From an uncultured bacterium (GTDB lineage: Bacteria > Zhuqueibacterota > QNDG01 > DTFT01): 64,000 nt of DNA. Positions 27,459 to 37,143 of this stretch are shown here, piece by piece. Location: contig CAVTNR010000011.1 of assembly GCA_963736115.1 (NCBI GenBank), positions 1 through 64,000 of the forward strand. Reading direction: 5' to 3'. Each line of letters begins with the position of its first letter. Within the stretch, counting starts at the first letter, position 1. The notes beneath the pieces are model-generated. The model did no database searches. It had not been told where the DNA came from and saw nothing but the letters and a program-made list of their open reading frames with translations. Made by a program: the position numbers and the translations under genes.

Positions 27459-29405
27459 CTACTGAACGTTCAAAGCCGCGACTGTCATTCCTCCAGGTGC
27501 CGCAGGCGGCGTTAAATGGATTTCGATGGAATCGCCTGTACGGATTTCCGATGAAACGGTCGATTCAGAATCCATCAGCCCGCCTACAGGCAATCTGTAC
27601 CGGGCTGTCCCCTCGGACACGGTTCCGTCCAGGGCCAGCGTTCCGGTGAAAGTATTTCCCGGTACGGTGCCGGTCAGGATAATGGTTGAAACCGTTCCAT
27701 CCGCTTCGTCCATGTAAAGAGGACCGGGATTTTTGACAACGGAATCAGAAGCGGTCAATTCCACGTTCAACACCTTTTTTAGTATCCGGAGAGACTGGAT
27801 CGTGGCGTAGAGTTCCTTTTCTGTGATCGTAATTGGATCCGGATCGATTTGAGGGAAATAAAGCGGTTCATATTCATATACGCCGATATCCGGATTCTGA
27901 CCGTTGTACGGATAGGAAACGCCGTCTCCGGCTTTCCAGGAGATGTTCCGATCCACCGTGATCCGGTTGTTCGTATAATCCGCCGAGAGGATCATCAGAT
28001 TTTTCTGCGCTCCGATCTGGATGACATCGCCCTGACCGGGAATGCCGAAACCGTCCGTGAGACACCGCGCGGATTCCAATGAAACCAGGGTTCCGGATCC
28101 GGCGGATGCGGTCCGGGTCAGCATGGTTCCCTGGTCAATGCATCCGGATTCCTTTTTCAACTTGAAATTGTAGCTGGCGGCGTCCATGTCGATCCACTCG
28201 AGGCCGTGAAAGGTGGTTTTCCTCCAGTCGTAAGGAGATGAGACAAAACCCGGATCTCCCGTCAGGGTCGTGGGCGCGAACCTTCGTTTCCATTCCGCGA
28301 GGGACATGAACCCGAGCCAGTAGATCTCGGTCGCATTCCCGAGTTCGCCCCAGACGCAGTTGTACTCGGCCTTGATACCGGTCTGATTGTCCGCATCCTC
28401 AAGAATGATCGGGCAGATTTGATCGTACCGGGCCGTGCGTTTGCGGCCGTAAAGGATGTTGTTCTTCAGAATGGCATTGTGAACCCATTGATCCGTCAGG
28501 TACAGTTCCGCCATGTTCTGACATCGGCTGGTGTCTGCCATGTTCCGAAACAGGATGTTGTGCGTCATGGCCAGATTGCCGGTGTTGTTGTTCAGGACGC
28601 CGGAACCTCCATTGTTGTAGAAGATGTTCCGAGTCATCAGGTGATGTCCGCCGGTTCCGGCGAGGTCCCAGGTGAATCCGTTACCGTCCCAGTACGATCC
28701 GCTCCGTTTCTGCCAATTCGCGTACATGACGTTTCGCCGGACAAGCGAAAACCACTGGATGCCGGAATCCAGCAATTCCCGGTTGTTGATGGAGGCGCCG
28801 TCACCCCACCCGCTGTCGCCGTCCGCCTTCCATCCGTTGTGGTGCAGAACACAGTCCTGTATGATGATGTGATTCGATCCGACGGTGTTCAGACCGGCGT
28901 TTCCATTGTCGTACACGACCAGATCATCCAGAAACACATAATCCGCGTAATAGACCGAGACGCCGTCCTGCTGATACCCGTGAAAGGAAAGATTCCGGAT
29001 ATGAAAATGGGTTTTGGTGAAGGGTGATGAAAGCTGTCCCTGGATGATGAATCCGAACTGTCCGGTTCCCGTGATATCCGGGCGGGTTCCGGGGTCACCC
29101 GTCACCGTGATCCATTTTCCAGGCGTTCCGGAATTCGTAAACGGGATGTCGCTTTCAACATAGGTGCCGGCCAGTACGGTCAGGCTGTCTCCGGCGGCCA
29201 GGATCGAAGCCGCTTTCCGTATGGTTTTCCACGGCGTGGAACGGTTCATTGCCTGCGCATTCGTGCGGCTGTCGTTTCCTGACGGAGAAACAAAATAAGT
29301 GGAGGCCGTCAGGGAAGCGGTCCAGAGGACCAAGAGCAGAATCGGAAAAACTTTCCCGCAACCGTTTCCGACCGCCACGAATCGGGGCAAATATTTCCTT
29401 TTCAT
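27459..29405 (-). CDS. Secreted right-handed parallel beta-helix protein (pectin-lyase-like fold)
   Basis: Signal-peptide-like hydrophobic stretch, TYFVSPSGND...PWKTIRKAA...AGTY, Asn/Gly-rich coils (YDNGNAG, YNNGGSG), PDIGVYE. Confidence 0.8.
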   Translation of the reverse strand: MKRKYLPRFVAVGNGCGKVFPILLLVLWTASLTASTYFVSPSGNDSRTNAQAMNRSTPWKTIRKAASILAAGDSLTVLAGTYVESDIPFTNSGTPGKWITVTGDPGTRPDITGTGQFGFIIQGQLSSPFTKTHFHIRNLSFHGYQQDGVSVYYADYVFLDDLVVYDNGNAGLNTVGSNHIIIQDCVLHHNGWKADGDSGWGDGASINNRELLDSGIQWFSLVRRNVMYANWQKRSGSYWDGNGFTWDLAGTGGHHLMTRNIFYNNGGSGVLNNNTGNLAMTHNILFRNMADTSRCQNMAELYLTDQWVHNAILKNNILYGRKRTARYDQICPIILEDADNQTGIKAEYNCVWGELGNATEIYWLGFMSLAEWKRRFAPTTLTGDPGFVSSPYDWRKTTFHGLEWIDMDAASYNFKLKKESGCIDQGTMLTRTASAGSGTLVSLESARCLTDGFGIPGQGDVIQIGAQKNLMILSADYTNNRITVDRNISWKAGDGVSYPYNGQNPDIGVYEYEPLYFPQIDPDPITITEKELYATIQSLRILKKVLNVELTASDSVVKNPGPLYMDEADGTVSTIILTGTVPGNTFTGTLALDGTVSEGTARYRLPVGGLMDSESTVSSEIRTGDSIEIHLTPPAAPGGMTVAALNVQ

Positions 29406-29482
29406 GGCAAATACCCCTTTCGATAACCCCTTGTTTTACTGTAGATAAGCCTATTACCTTTTCTTCACAATCCTATATATAG

Positions 29483-29497
29483 GCAAAGCAGGGGCCA
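29483..29497 (-). promoter_or_regulatory. Putative sigma54 -24/-12 promoter for the beta-helix gene
   Basis: Minus strand TGGCCCCTGCTTTGC (GG-N10-GC), located just after the upstream terminator and ~78 nt before the ATG. Confidence 0.55.
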
Positions 29498-29499
29498 AT

Positions 29500-29535
29500 A
29501 AAAATCCCCGTGAAAGTTACCACTATTTCACGGGG
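29500..29535 (-). terminator. Rho-independent terminator at the end of the EPS cluster
   Basis: Perfect 10-bp stem CCCCGTGAAA...TTTCACGGGG with an adjacent A-run. Confidence 0.75.
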
Positions 29536-29558
29536 CGGGTACCGGTTGTTTCATTCCG

Positions 29559-30497
29559 TTAACCTGATTTCCGGCTCCATTCGTTCAGAATACGGTCGTA
29601 CGGCGCAATCCATAATCGCTCTTTCAGGGAACCCAGAAAGCGGATGAAATCCCTGAAGCGGCCGAGCCGTCTGATATCCGATGGATCGAAATAGAGATTG
29701 ATGTATGATCCCGTGTCCATCGCGGTTCGTATGACTTTTTCAATCCGGCCGAAAAACGCGGTTTCACGGTCCGCCTGAACCGGTCCTTCCGTTCTCGGAA
29801 ACCGGTTGTAGGTGTCAAAGCAGGTGTGAATATAAGCCGGGTCGAATGAAAGCGGAAATTCCCATATTCCATCCGACTCCCGGTACGGCATTCCGTATTC
29901 CGGACATTGAATGGAAATCCTGGAACTGGAGTATCGGTAGCCGAGCCCGGCCAGAACGGGGTATACGTCACGCGTATGGGAATCGCCGAAATGAGGGGTA
30001 CGGAAACCCGTCGGCCGGTAATTCAGCCGTTCACGGATGATGCGATCCGCGGTTTCGATTTCCTCGCGTCGGGCTTCGGGTGTCAGTTCATTGAACCGTT
30101 CATCCGGATGGAATCGGCTGTTGCTGGGATGGGTGGTGGTATGGTTGACCAGTTCGTGGCCGCGCCGGATCAGTTCCAGGTGACTGTCCGGATCCAGTTC
30201 GACCCATTTAGCAATACAGGCGAATGAGGCGGCCAGCCCCTCCCCTGCCAGCGTATCCAACAGTTCCGGCATCGCATGGTAATCGGCTTCATGGTCGCAG
30301 TCGAAAGACAGAGTGAGACACGCGTTCTTTCCAGGCCAGGGCGCGGATCTCCCCCCGTTGTGTGAGTAGAAGGCCGAGTTGAATCCGTTGGACCAGACTC
30401 GTCCGACGATCCGGCGAAGCGCTTTCGAGGCGATCCCCGGTCTTTCCCTCCGGAAAGCGGAGGCCACGAGATCTGCCAGCCCCATTCGGATTTTCAC
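29559..30497 (-). CDS. Polysaccharide deacetylase family protein
   Basis: LTLSFDCD, HELVNHTTTH, GFRTPHF, YSSS (NodB-like motifs). Confidence 0.82.
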   Translation of the reverse strand: MKIRMGLADLVASAFRRERPGIASKALRRIVGRVWSNGFNSAFYSHNGGRSAPWPGKNACLTLSFDCDHEADYHAMPELLDTLAGEGLAASFACIAKWVELDPDSHLELIRRGHELVNHTTTHPSNSRFHPDERFNELTPEARREEIETADRIIRERLNYRPTGFRTPHFGDSHTRDVYPVLAGLGYRYSSSRISIQCPEYGMPYRESDGIWEFPLSFDPAYIHTCFDTYNRFPRTEGPVQADRETAFFGRIEKVIRTAMDTGSYINLYFDPSDIRRLGRFRDFIRFLGSLKERLWIAPYDRILNEWSRKSG

Positions 30498-30502
30498 CGC
30501 AT

Positions 30503-31501
30503 CTACCTCTCTTTTCGGAAGGACCGGATCCCCCGGATCAGGGTTTCCGTCTCGTTGTCCGGCAGCAAACGGACGTGTTTCCCGCCCGCTTCCCGCAGCA
30601 CTTTCAGATCGGTCGCCAGAATGGGCAGCCCCATCGCCGCGGCTTCCGCGAATTTGATGGGCGTCACATGTTCCGTCACCGGATTCCTGGGTCTCGGCAC
30701 CACAACCGCGTCGGCGCGGCCGGCCAGAATCCGGATCATTTCCGAATGGGGAACGCTTTCATGATATCGGACATTCTTCGTATCGCGGCCCGGGATGCCG
30801 TAGCAGTGCAGCTGAAAGTAGGCATCGGATTCCAGTCGGGCGAAAGCGTCGATCAGATTCCGGAATCCCTGCCAGGGTTTTTCCGACCCCATGTAAACGA
30901 AATGAAGACGTCCTTGCGGGCGTTTTTTTCGGCGTATCGCCGGAAGACGCACGGGGATGGGCAGTACGAACATCCGATCTTCCGGAATCCGGAAGGCGGA
31001 CTTCAGATATCCGGCCATGGACGCGCTGAGCACGCGGACCACGGTTGTTTTCAGGGCGAGCTGAAAAGTCCAGCGGGACAGCAAAATTCGCATGCGCGAC
31101 CTCTCGGCCATTTTCAGCTCGATCCAGGGAAAGGAGGCCAGATCGTATACGGTTTTTTTGCGGAGCATCGCGCAGAAGGGGATCCACCGAAGAAACAGCT
31201 TCTCGGAGCGGATCCAGACGACGTCCGCGTTCCGCAGGTCGCGGAGCCGCGCGTGTCCGCCGAGGCGTACGCGGTTCCAGCGCTTGAAAAATTCCGACAG
31301 GTATTGCAGGTGAATGGTGTGCCCGCAGATCCGGCCGGGGTCATGATCCGAAAGGATCAGAATGTTCTGGTTTCGGAAACGCGGATTGAGGCTCCCCGCC
31401 GAGAGCGGCGGGGAATCTTCTATCTGTAGAGAAGAGACATTTGATATTCGCTCGTTTACCCCGCGGTAAGCCGCGGGGAATGCGCTCGCTGTCAGATTCA
31501 T
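30503..31501 (-). CDS. Glycosyltransferase (GT4-like)
   Basis: FVYMGSEKPWQG, VTPIKFAEAAAMGLPILATD. Confidence 0.8.
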   Translation of the reverse strand: MNLTASAFPAAYRGVNERISNVSSLQIEDSPPLSAGSLNPRFRNQNILILSDHDPGRICGHTIHLQYLSEFFKRWNRVRLGGHARLRDLRNADVVWIRSEKLFLRWIPFCAMLRKKTVYDLASFPWIELKMAERSRMRILLSRWTFQLALKTTVVRVLSASMAGYLKSAFRIPEDRMFVLPIPVRLPAIRRKKRPQGRLHFVYMGSEKPWQGFRNLIDAFARLESDAYFQLHCYGIPGRDTKNVRYHESVPHSEMIRILAGRADAVVVPRPRNPVTEHVTPIKFAEAAAMGLPILATDLKVLREAGGKHVRLLPDNETETLIRGIRSFRKER

Positions 31502-32874
31502 CCGGACTCCGGGCCGGAGGGGTTGATTTCGGAAATGAACGCCCGGTGCTTGCCGCTGGCATCCGGCGGGATGGAATCGCGGAACCGGACGTTCAGTCGC
31601 ACCAGGCCGTCGAAGTCCTCCTCAAAGGCTTTCCGGAAATAGGATTCCACATCGGCTTGATCCTCCGGATTGCAGACCGCCTCCACCTCGAACCGGTCCA
31701 GGCTTTTCTGGATGATCCTGTACTGCCTGATTTTTCTGCCGATTTCATAGAAGCTGTACTGGGCCATGTGACAGAAGAGGACGGGAGAAACCTGGGAGCC
31801 GTCGGGAAGGTGCACCACTTCGGAGTCCCGTCCGATGTCGACCCGGATCCGGGAGAGTTTCGACCCGCAGGCGCAGGGCTCCGGATCAGGGCGCACCAGG
31901 TCACCGACCTCGTACCGCAGCAGAGGCGTCGCGCGGTTGTTCAGCTCGGTCAGAATCAGATTTTTGGCGCCATCGGGACCCGGCCGGGGCGGATCCGCGA
32001 ATTCCGCGATGAGGTTCTCCTCCATCAGATGCATGGCTCCGGAAGGACACTGAAACGCGATGATGCCGACTTCGCTGGCGCCGTATTCATCGATCACGGG
32101 GCACTGGAATGTCGATTCCAGAAAACGACGCTGATAGTCGTAGAGGCGTTCGGATGTGGTGCAGACGGCGCGGATGCCGAGTTCGGCGGGGTTGCGTCCG
32201 CTTTCTTCGAAAAGCCTGGCGATTCCGAAAATGGAACTGACATAACCGCGCACATACGCGTCCCGGTGCTTCCGAAAGACATTCCAGATTTCGGAGGCAG
32301 AGGCGTCCGTCAGCCGCATGACCGAGAAACGGAACCGATTTTCGATCCAGCTCATGCGGAGGTTCCGCTTCAGGGACGGTTGGAGGTGATACGTCCCCCA
32401 GATTTCCAGCACGGGCGCGCCGATGTCCCACCCCCACCAGCGGCGGCTCCGGAACAGGGCGGCCAGCCTGTGGCTCTCGGCTTCCGTATCCGCACAGAGC
32501 ACCTTGGGTTCGCCTGTTGAACCGCTTGACTGGTGGCAGTACGTTCTCGAAAAAAGACCCGGAAGACTGATGATTTCCTTGTTCTCCCGCAGAAGGGATT
32601 TGGTGAGCACCGGCAGGCGGGCAAGATCGGCCAGGGAACGGAAGGAATCGGCGGTAAGGCCGTTCCTTTGCAGCAATCCGTGATAATAGGGCGTCCGAAC
32701 GCCGCAGTCGGCGATGAGTGAACGGAGTTTCCGGAGCTGAAGGGCCCGGATTTCCGCCTGCGTGCGGTTCCTTCCGGCTTCCAGTTCACGGAGTTTGGAC
32801 CGTATCGTCAGTCCCCGCGTTTTTTCGTACAGCGGGAATGAAACGGCCCTGATGAACCGTTCCTTCCATTTCAT
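31498..32874 (-). CDS. Phenylacetate-CoA ligase-like / CapK-family adenylate-forming protein
   Basis: LPVLTK, SSGSTGEP, EYGASEVG, PLLRYEVGD, SGKHR. Confidence 0.85.
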   Translation of the reverse strand: MKWKERFIRAVSFPLYEKTRGLTIRSKLRELEAGRNRTQAEIRALQLRKLRSLIADCGVRTPYYHGLLQRNGLTADSFRSLADLARLPVLTKSLLRENKEIISLPGLFSRTYCHQSSGSTGEPKVLCADTEAESHRLAALFRSRRWWGWDIGAPVLEIWGTYHLQPSLKRNLRMSWIENRFRFSVMRLTDASASEIWNVFRKHRDAYVRGYVSSIFGIARLFEESGRNPAELGIRAVCTTSERLYDYQRRFLESTFQCPVIDEYGASEVGIIAFQCPSGAMHLMEENLIAEFADPPRPGPDGAKNLILTELNNRATPLLRYEVGDLVRPDPEPCACGSKLSRIRVDIGRDSEVVHLPDGSQVSPVLFCHMAQYSFYEIGRKIRQYRIIQKSLDRFEVEAVCNPEDQADVESYFRKAFEEDFDGLVRLNVRFRDSIPPDASGKHRAFISEINPSGPESG

Positions 32875-34316
32875 GCCGGATTCCCCCTTCGGCTGAGCAG
32901 TTCCCGGAACATGCGGATTTCTCCCGTTCCGAAAGTCCGGATCGCGAAAAGCATTGAAAGATAAGCCAGTCCGTACACGGGAAGAAGAACGGCCGGCGAA
33001 TGATGACGGAAAGGAATGAGCACGGCTCCCAGGGTCACTGCCGAAATCAGGGCCTTGGTGAGGATTTTCACCGGATGGACGCCTGGTATCCGGGACGACA
33101 GTTCCCTGGCGGAGAGCATCGTGATCAGCGCCTGGGATCCGGCGCTGGCGGCGCAGAGGCCGATGCCGCCGGTTGCCGGGATCAGCAGGAGCGCGAGAAC
33201 GACATTGAAAGCGGTGCCGAAAGCCTGAAACCGGACAAATACCGCTTCGCGGTCCATGGCCGAAAAAGCAACCATGAAAGCCTGATTGAGGAAGGCAAAT
33301 ACGAGCATCCAGAGCAGGATTTGGAGCATCGGAACCGAAGGGCTGAATGAGGATCCGTACAGGAGCCCGATGATCGGACCGGCGAGTACGGAGAAACTGA
33401 CCGCGATCGGGATCACGAGGATGAACAGGTATTTCAGGGATTTCTCATAACTCAGGCGAAATGAGGAATCATCTCCCGATTCCCGGAACTTCGACATGGC
33501 GGGCAGTACGGCGCTGGTGAATGCCATGGGCAGGAAGGTCAGAACCCCGCAGATCCGGAGGGCCGCCGAGAAATACCCGGTTTCGGATTCTCCCTTGAAG
33601 AAGGTCAGCAGAATAGTTCCGATCTGGGTATTGACGGTCACGATGATCCCGAGCGCGGCAAAGGGCAGGGCGGAGCGGAACAGTCCTGCATAGAAGGCGG
33701 TTTTTCCGGTGAAAACCGGCCGGGCGTAGCGGCTGACGAGAATCCGGATGCCGGCAACGAAAAAAACCGCATACAGCGCGAGGCGGACGGCCAGCATCGG
33801 CAGTAGACCGTGCCCCATCCAGATGACGGCCACGCCGGTGATCGAAACCGACAGATTGAGCCCGATCTTGTTGAAGACTTCATGCACGGCGTTTTGATGG
33901 GCCCGGTAAATCGCGTAGAAAACATCCAGGACAGAGGAGAAAACAAGAATGCCGGCGCAGATCAGGACAACGGCGCTCTTTTCCGCGCCGGTACCCATCA
34001 ATAGCAGGGTGATCCAGACCGCGGCCAGAACCGCCGCGCCCAGAAGGGTTTCAAGCACGAGAAGTCCGCCGAGCACGGGCCCTGTTCGTTCCGGATGCCG
34101 GGCCAGGTCCCGTACAATCATGGTGCGGAACCCGAAACGCGTGATGAATCCGAAAAGTTCGGTGAAGGACAGAGCGAATGCCAGAAGACCGAGCTTTTCA
34201 GCTCCGAGCCTGCGCGCGATCAGAATGGTCAGAAGGGCTCCGAGAGCGCGCGTGACGACTTCCGCGGAAACGAGAAGGGTCGTGTTTCGGGCGATGACCA
34301 TTCTATCGGAGGGCAT
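32871..34316 (-). CDS. Wzx-type flippase
   Basis: IARNT...ILIARRLG..LG, many TM helices, ETGYFSAALR. Confidence 0.88.
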   Translation of the reverse strand: MPSDRMVIARNTTLLVSAEVVTRALGALLTILIARRLGAEKLGLLAFALSFTELFGFITRFGFRTMIVRDLARHPERTGPVLGGLLVLETLLGAAVLAAVWITLLLMGTGAEKSAVVLICAGILVFSSVLDVFYAIYRAHQNAVHEVFNKIGLNLSVSITGVAVIWMGHGLLPMLAVRLALYAVFFVAGIRILVSRYARPVFTGKTAFYAGLFRSALPFAALGIIVTVNTQIGTILLTFFKGESETGYFSAALRICGVLTFLPMAFTSAVLPAMSKFRESGDDSSFRLSYEKSLKYLFILVIPIAVSFSVLAGPIIGLLYGSSFSPSVPMLQILLWMLVFAFLNQAFMVAFSAMDREAVFVRFQAFGTAFNVVLALLLIPATGGIGLCAASAGSQALITMLSARELSSRIPGVHPVKILTKALISAVTLGAVLIPFRHHSPAVLLPVYGLAYLSMLFAIRTFGTGEIRMFRELLSRRGNPA

Positions 34317-35805
34317 TATGGCCTCCTTCCCCGCCCTGGATTGCGGTCTGTGTTTCCGGCTGGCCGGACAGGGCGATGATCGCCGCGGCGAAGATCCAGA
34401 AAAGGAGAAAAGCCTCGGAATCGATGGTCGCATTGTTGACGGTATGATGGATCAGGAGCCCCGTAACCCCGCTGATGCACCCGATCATGAGCTGTTTGGG
34501 GCGGTCCGGACCGGACGCGGAAAGGGAAAAGAAGGTCCGGGCATACAATCCGAGAGTGAATGCGAGAAACGCGGCGAGCCCCGGAAGACCGATCTCGGCC
34601 GCAAGTTGAAGGTAAACATTGTGAACTGGATGAAAGAATTCAAGGGTCAGACCGGTCGGGTCGAACGGGGCCATGGAGAGGGTGTAATTGTTAAGACCGA
34701 CGCCCAGCCATGGGAATTTCCGGATCATGCCCAGTGCGATCTGCATCATCGGTATTCTCGATTGGGCGGATCCGTAATCTTCACCCGTGAAACGCAGGAG
34801 AATGAAGTCGCGGAGCGCCCAGAGCACGATGGAAATGACGGCGAGCACGATCAACCCCCGGAACACAGCGCGACTCCGGTTCGCGGCGATGCGCCAGTGC
34901 AGGAGGGCGAAAACCAGAAGTCCTCCGGCGAAGCCGATCCATCCGCCGCGGCTGAACGTGAATACGAGCAGCATTGTGCCCGCGAGAACGGCCGCCAGCA
35001 GAAGAATTCGCGGAAGCGCCCGTTTCAACGAGGACCACCAGCCCATGAACAGAAGCAGCATCATGACGAGATAACTGGCAAAACGGTCCGATCCGTCAAG
35101 CGTGCCGGATACGCTGATCATGGAGCGGTCACCGATGCGCCGGACGGTGTTTACCGTGGTGTTCGTCAGGATCCCGAGGGCCACGTCACGGTTGAGTGTG
35201 TACTGGACGGTTCCCACCGCAAGTTCGAATAGGTAGACGACCAGCAGGACCGTCAGAGCGTTTGACACGGCGCCACGGTCCCGGAAGGCATCGGCAAGGA
35301 CGAGAAAGAGCAGAAGCGCCTTGGTCAGTTCGAGAAGCTGGTACAGGCCGAGACGCGGACTGATGGCCTGGGTCAGCGAGAAAGCCGAAAAGACGAAAAG
35401 CAGAAGAAGCGAAACCCAGGCCCACATCGGCGGACCCGGCCTTCCGGACCGCATACCGAAGAAGGCCGGAGGACGGATCACCATAAAACCCAATAACCCG
35501 ATGTTCCAGAGCGCCACAATGAGGCCCTTGGCGCCTCCGGAATGATCCGGATTCAGAAAAAATGTCTTGTCGATGTTGATGATCAACGATGCGATGAGAA
35601 TCGACAGGGTGGCTGCGCCGCTTTTACGGAACGTCAAAGCCGCAAGACCGCCTCCCGCCGCCAGAAGGCCGCCCAGGATGAGGGCCGGGGGCATGGAGAG
35701 AAACCGCATGGCCGCCGCTCCCGCCAGAACGCCGGCCGCAAATCCGGGCAGCAGAATGCGGAGAAACCGGCCGCGGGATCCTTTGATGCGTGACTGGGCG
35801 CTCAC
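34303..35805 (-). CDS. O-antigen ligase / Wzy-like polymerase
   Basis: Polytopic protein; TFSRGGW, PWLGVGLNNY, VHNVYLQLAAEIGLPG. The GTG start overlaps the upstream stop. Confidence 0.85.
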   Translation of the reverse strand: MSAQSRIKGSRGRFLRILLPGFAAGVLAGAAAMRFLSMPPALILGGLLAAGGGLAALTFRKSGAATLSILIASLIINIDKTFFLNPDHSGGAKGLIVALWNIGLLGFMVIRPPAFFGMRSGRPGPPMWAWVSLLLLFVFSAFSLTQAISPRLGLYQLLELTKALLLFLVLADAFRDRGAVSNALTVLLVVYLFELAVGTVQYTLNRDVALGILTNTTVNTVRRIGDRSMISVSGTLDGSDRFASYLVMMLLLFMGWWSSLKRALPRILLLAAVLAGTMLLVFTFSRGGWIGFAGGLLVFALLHWRIAANRSRAVFRGLIVLAVISIVLWALRDFILLRFTGEDYGSAQSRIPMMQIALGMIRKFPWLGVGLNNYTLSMAPFDPTGLTLEFFHPVHNVYLQLAAEIGLPGLAAFLAFTLGLYARTFFSLSASGPDRPKQLMIGCISGVTGLLIHHTVNNATIDSEAFLLFWIFAAAIIALSGQPETQTAIQGGEGGHNALR

Positions 35806-37052
35806 GGTCCGGCCTCGCGCTGCCCTTCCGCCGCCAGCCCGGCGGACAGGCCGTAAAAGGCCCATGCCTGGGACCAGCGCATGTAGGGGATCCGGATCCG
35901 GTAATGACGGTGCATCTGGTAGTAGAAAAAACCGGATGGATCCTGCATGTGCGTCACCAGCCAGCGGATCAGGGATCGTCTTCCGGCTCGGATCGCATCA
36001 TTCTGCGGTACGGCACAGAGAGCGGACACTGCGGCGAAGGCGTGGATATCCCTGGGAAAAGGCCGGTCATGCCAAAGGGAAGCGGATCCGTCTTCCCGGA
36101 AGAATGTCCGAAGGAAGTACGCGGTTCCCTTTTCCAGTACCGGGCCGAATACATTTTCGCCGGTACAGGACCGGTAACGGCACAAACTTTCGAGAATGAA
36201 AGCGGTGTGGTGCAGGTCGATCCATGTCTGAGTCGGGGCTTCGCCGTAGACCCATGATCCGTCAGGGCGCTGATGCTCCGCCACCCAGTTCATCATCCTG
36301 CGTCCGGAACGCAGCCAGTCCCTGCGGTTCCGGACCGATCCGATCCGGACGAGAAAGGAAGCGCCGATGGCATTCGAGTTGAATATCCGCGACCGGTCCA
36401 GGGGCGTGTATCCGAGGCAGAGCCGCGTGCCGTCATCAACAACCCGTGGCAGGTTTTTCAGAATGAAATGCGCCGAACCCTCGGCGATCGCGAGAGGCGC
36501 GGGATCTCCGGTCGCGGCATACGCGTCCAGGAGGGCGTGCCCCGCGAAGCCGGTGTTGACGATGGTCGGCGTATGGGCGGGATACAGCTGATTCCGGTTC
36601 TGCCAGGGGAAATGATAGCCCCAGCAGGGGTGATGGTATCCGGGGGAACGATTCTCCTCGAGAAGGCGGACCAGCAGACGGATGCGCTCCTCCCGGTGGT
36701 CCGGGAAAAATGCGGCCGGACGGATTGCGTATCCGCTCAGGAACAGGGCCAGGCCTTTGGGATTCAGCCCGCCGGGAATTCCCAACACGGGCCGCAGGTT
36801 GAACGGCAGGCGGCGCATGATCTGGGTGAATATAATGCGCGTCAACGGTTTGTTGAAGAATGGATGTGATGCGACCGGAGACAGGAGGGCGTCATACGGA
36901 TCAAACCCGCGGTACGATTCGCGCTCCACGTATGCGGACAGGAGCGAAAGGGATTTCAGAATGAGGGCACTGGAGCATCCGGTGTTCAGCGGCCCGGTTC
37001 CTCGACAGTCGGAATTGCCGTATTCGACAATGCGTTCGTCGACCGGCAGCAT
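35802..37052 (-). CDS. Conserved EPS-cluster protein with a predicted (alpha/alpha)-toroid fold
   Basis: GFDPYDAL, NPKGLALF, CWGYHFPWQ, QRPDGSWVY, IDLHHT, YMRWSQAW. GAGGAG RBS precedes ATG 37052. Confidence 0.65.
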   Translation of the reverse strand: MLPVDERIVEYGNSDCRGTGPLNTGCSSALILKSLSLLSAYVERESYRGFDPYDALLSPVASHPFFNKPLTRIIFTQIMRRLPFNLRPVLGIPGGLNPKGLALFLSGYAIRPAAFFPDHREERIRLLVRLLEENRSPGYHHPCWGYHFPWQNRNQLYPAHTPTIVNTGFAGHALLDAYAATGDPAPLAIAEGSAHFILKNLPRVVDDGTRLCLGYTPLDRSRIFNSNAIGASFLVRIGSVRNRRDWLRSGRRMMNWVAEHQRPDGSWVYGEAPTQTWIDLHHTAFILESLCRYRSCTGENVFGPVLEKGTAYFLRTFFREDGSASLWHDRPFPRDIHAFAAVSALCAVPQNDAIRAGRRSLIRWLVTHMQDPSGFFYYQMHRHYRIRIPYMRWSQAWAFYGLSAGLAAEGQREAGP

Positions 37053-37143
37053 CCGTGCTCCTCGTTCCGGCCAATCCGATGAAACGGCGGGAACCGCGGG
37101 ATCCCGCGTCACGGAACCGCGGACGGACCGCCCGCGCGGGAGT

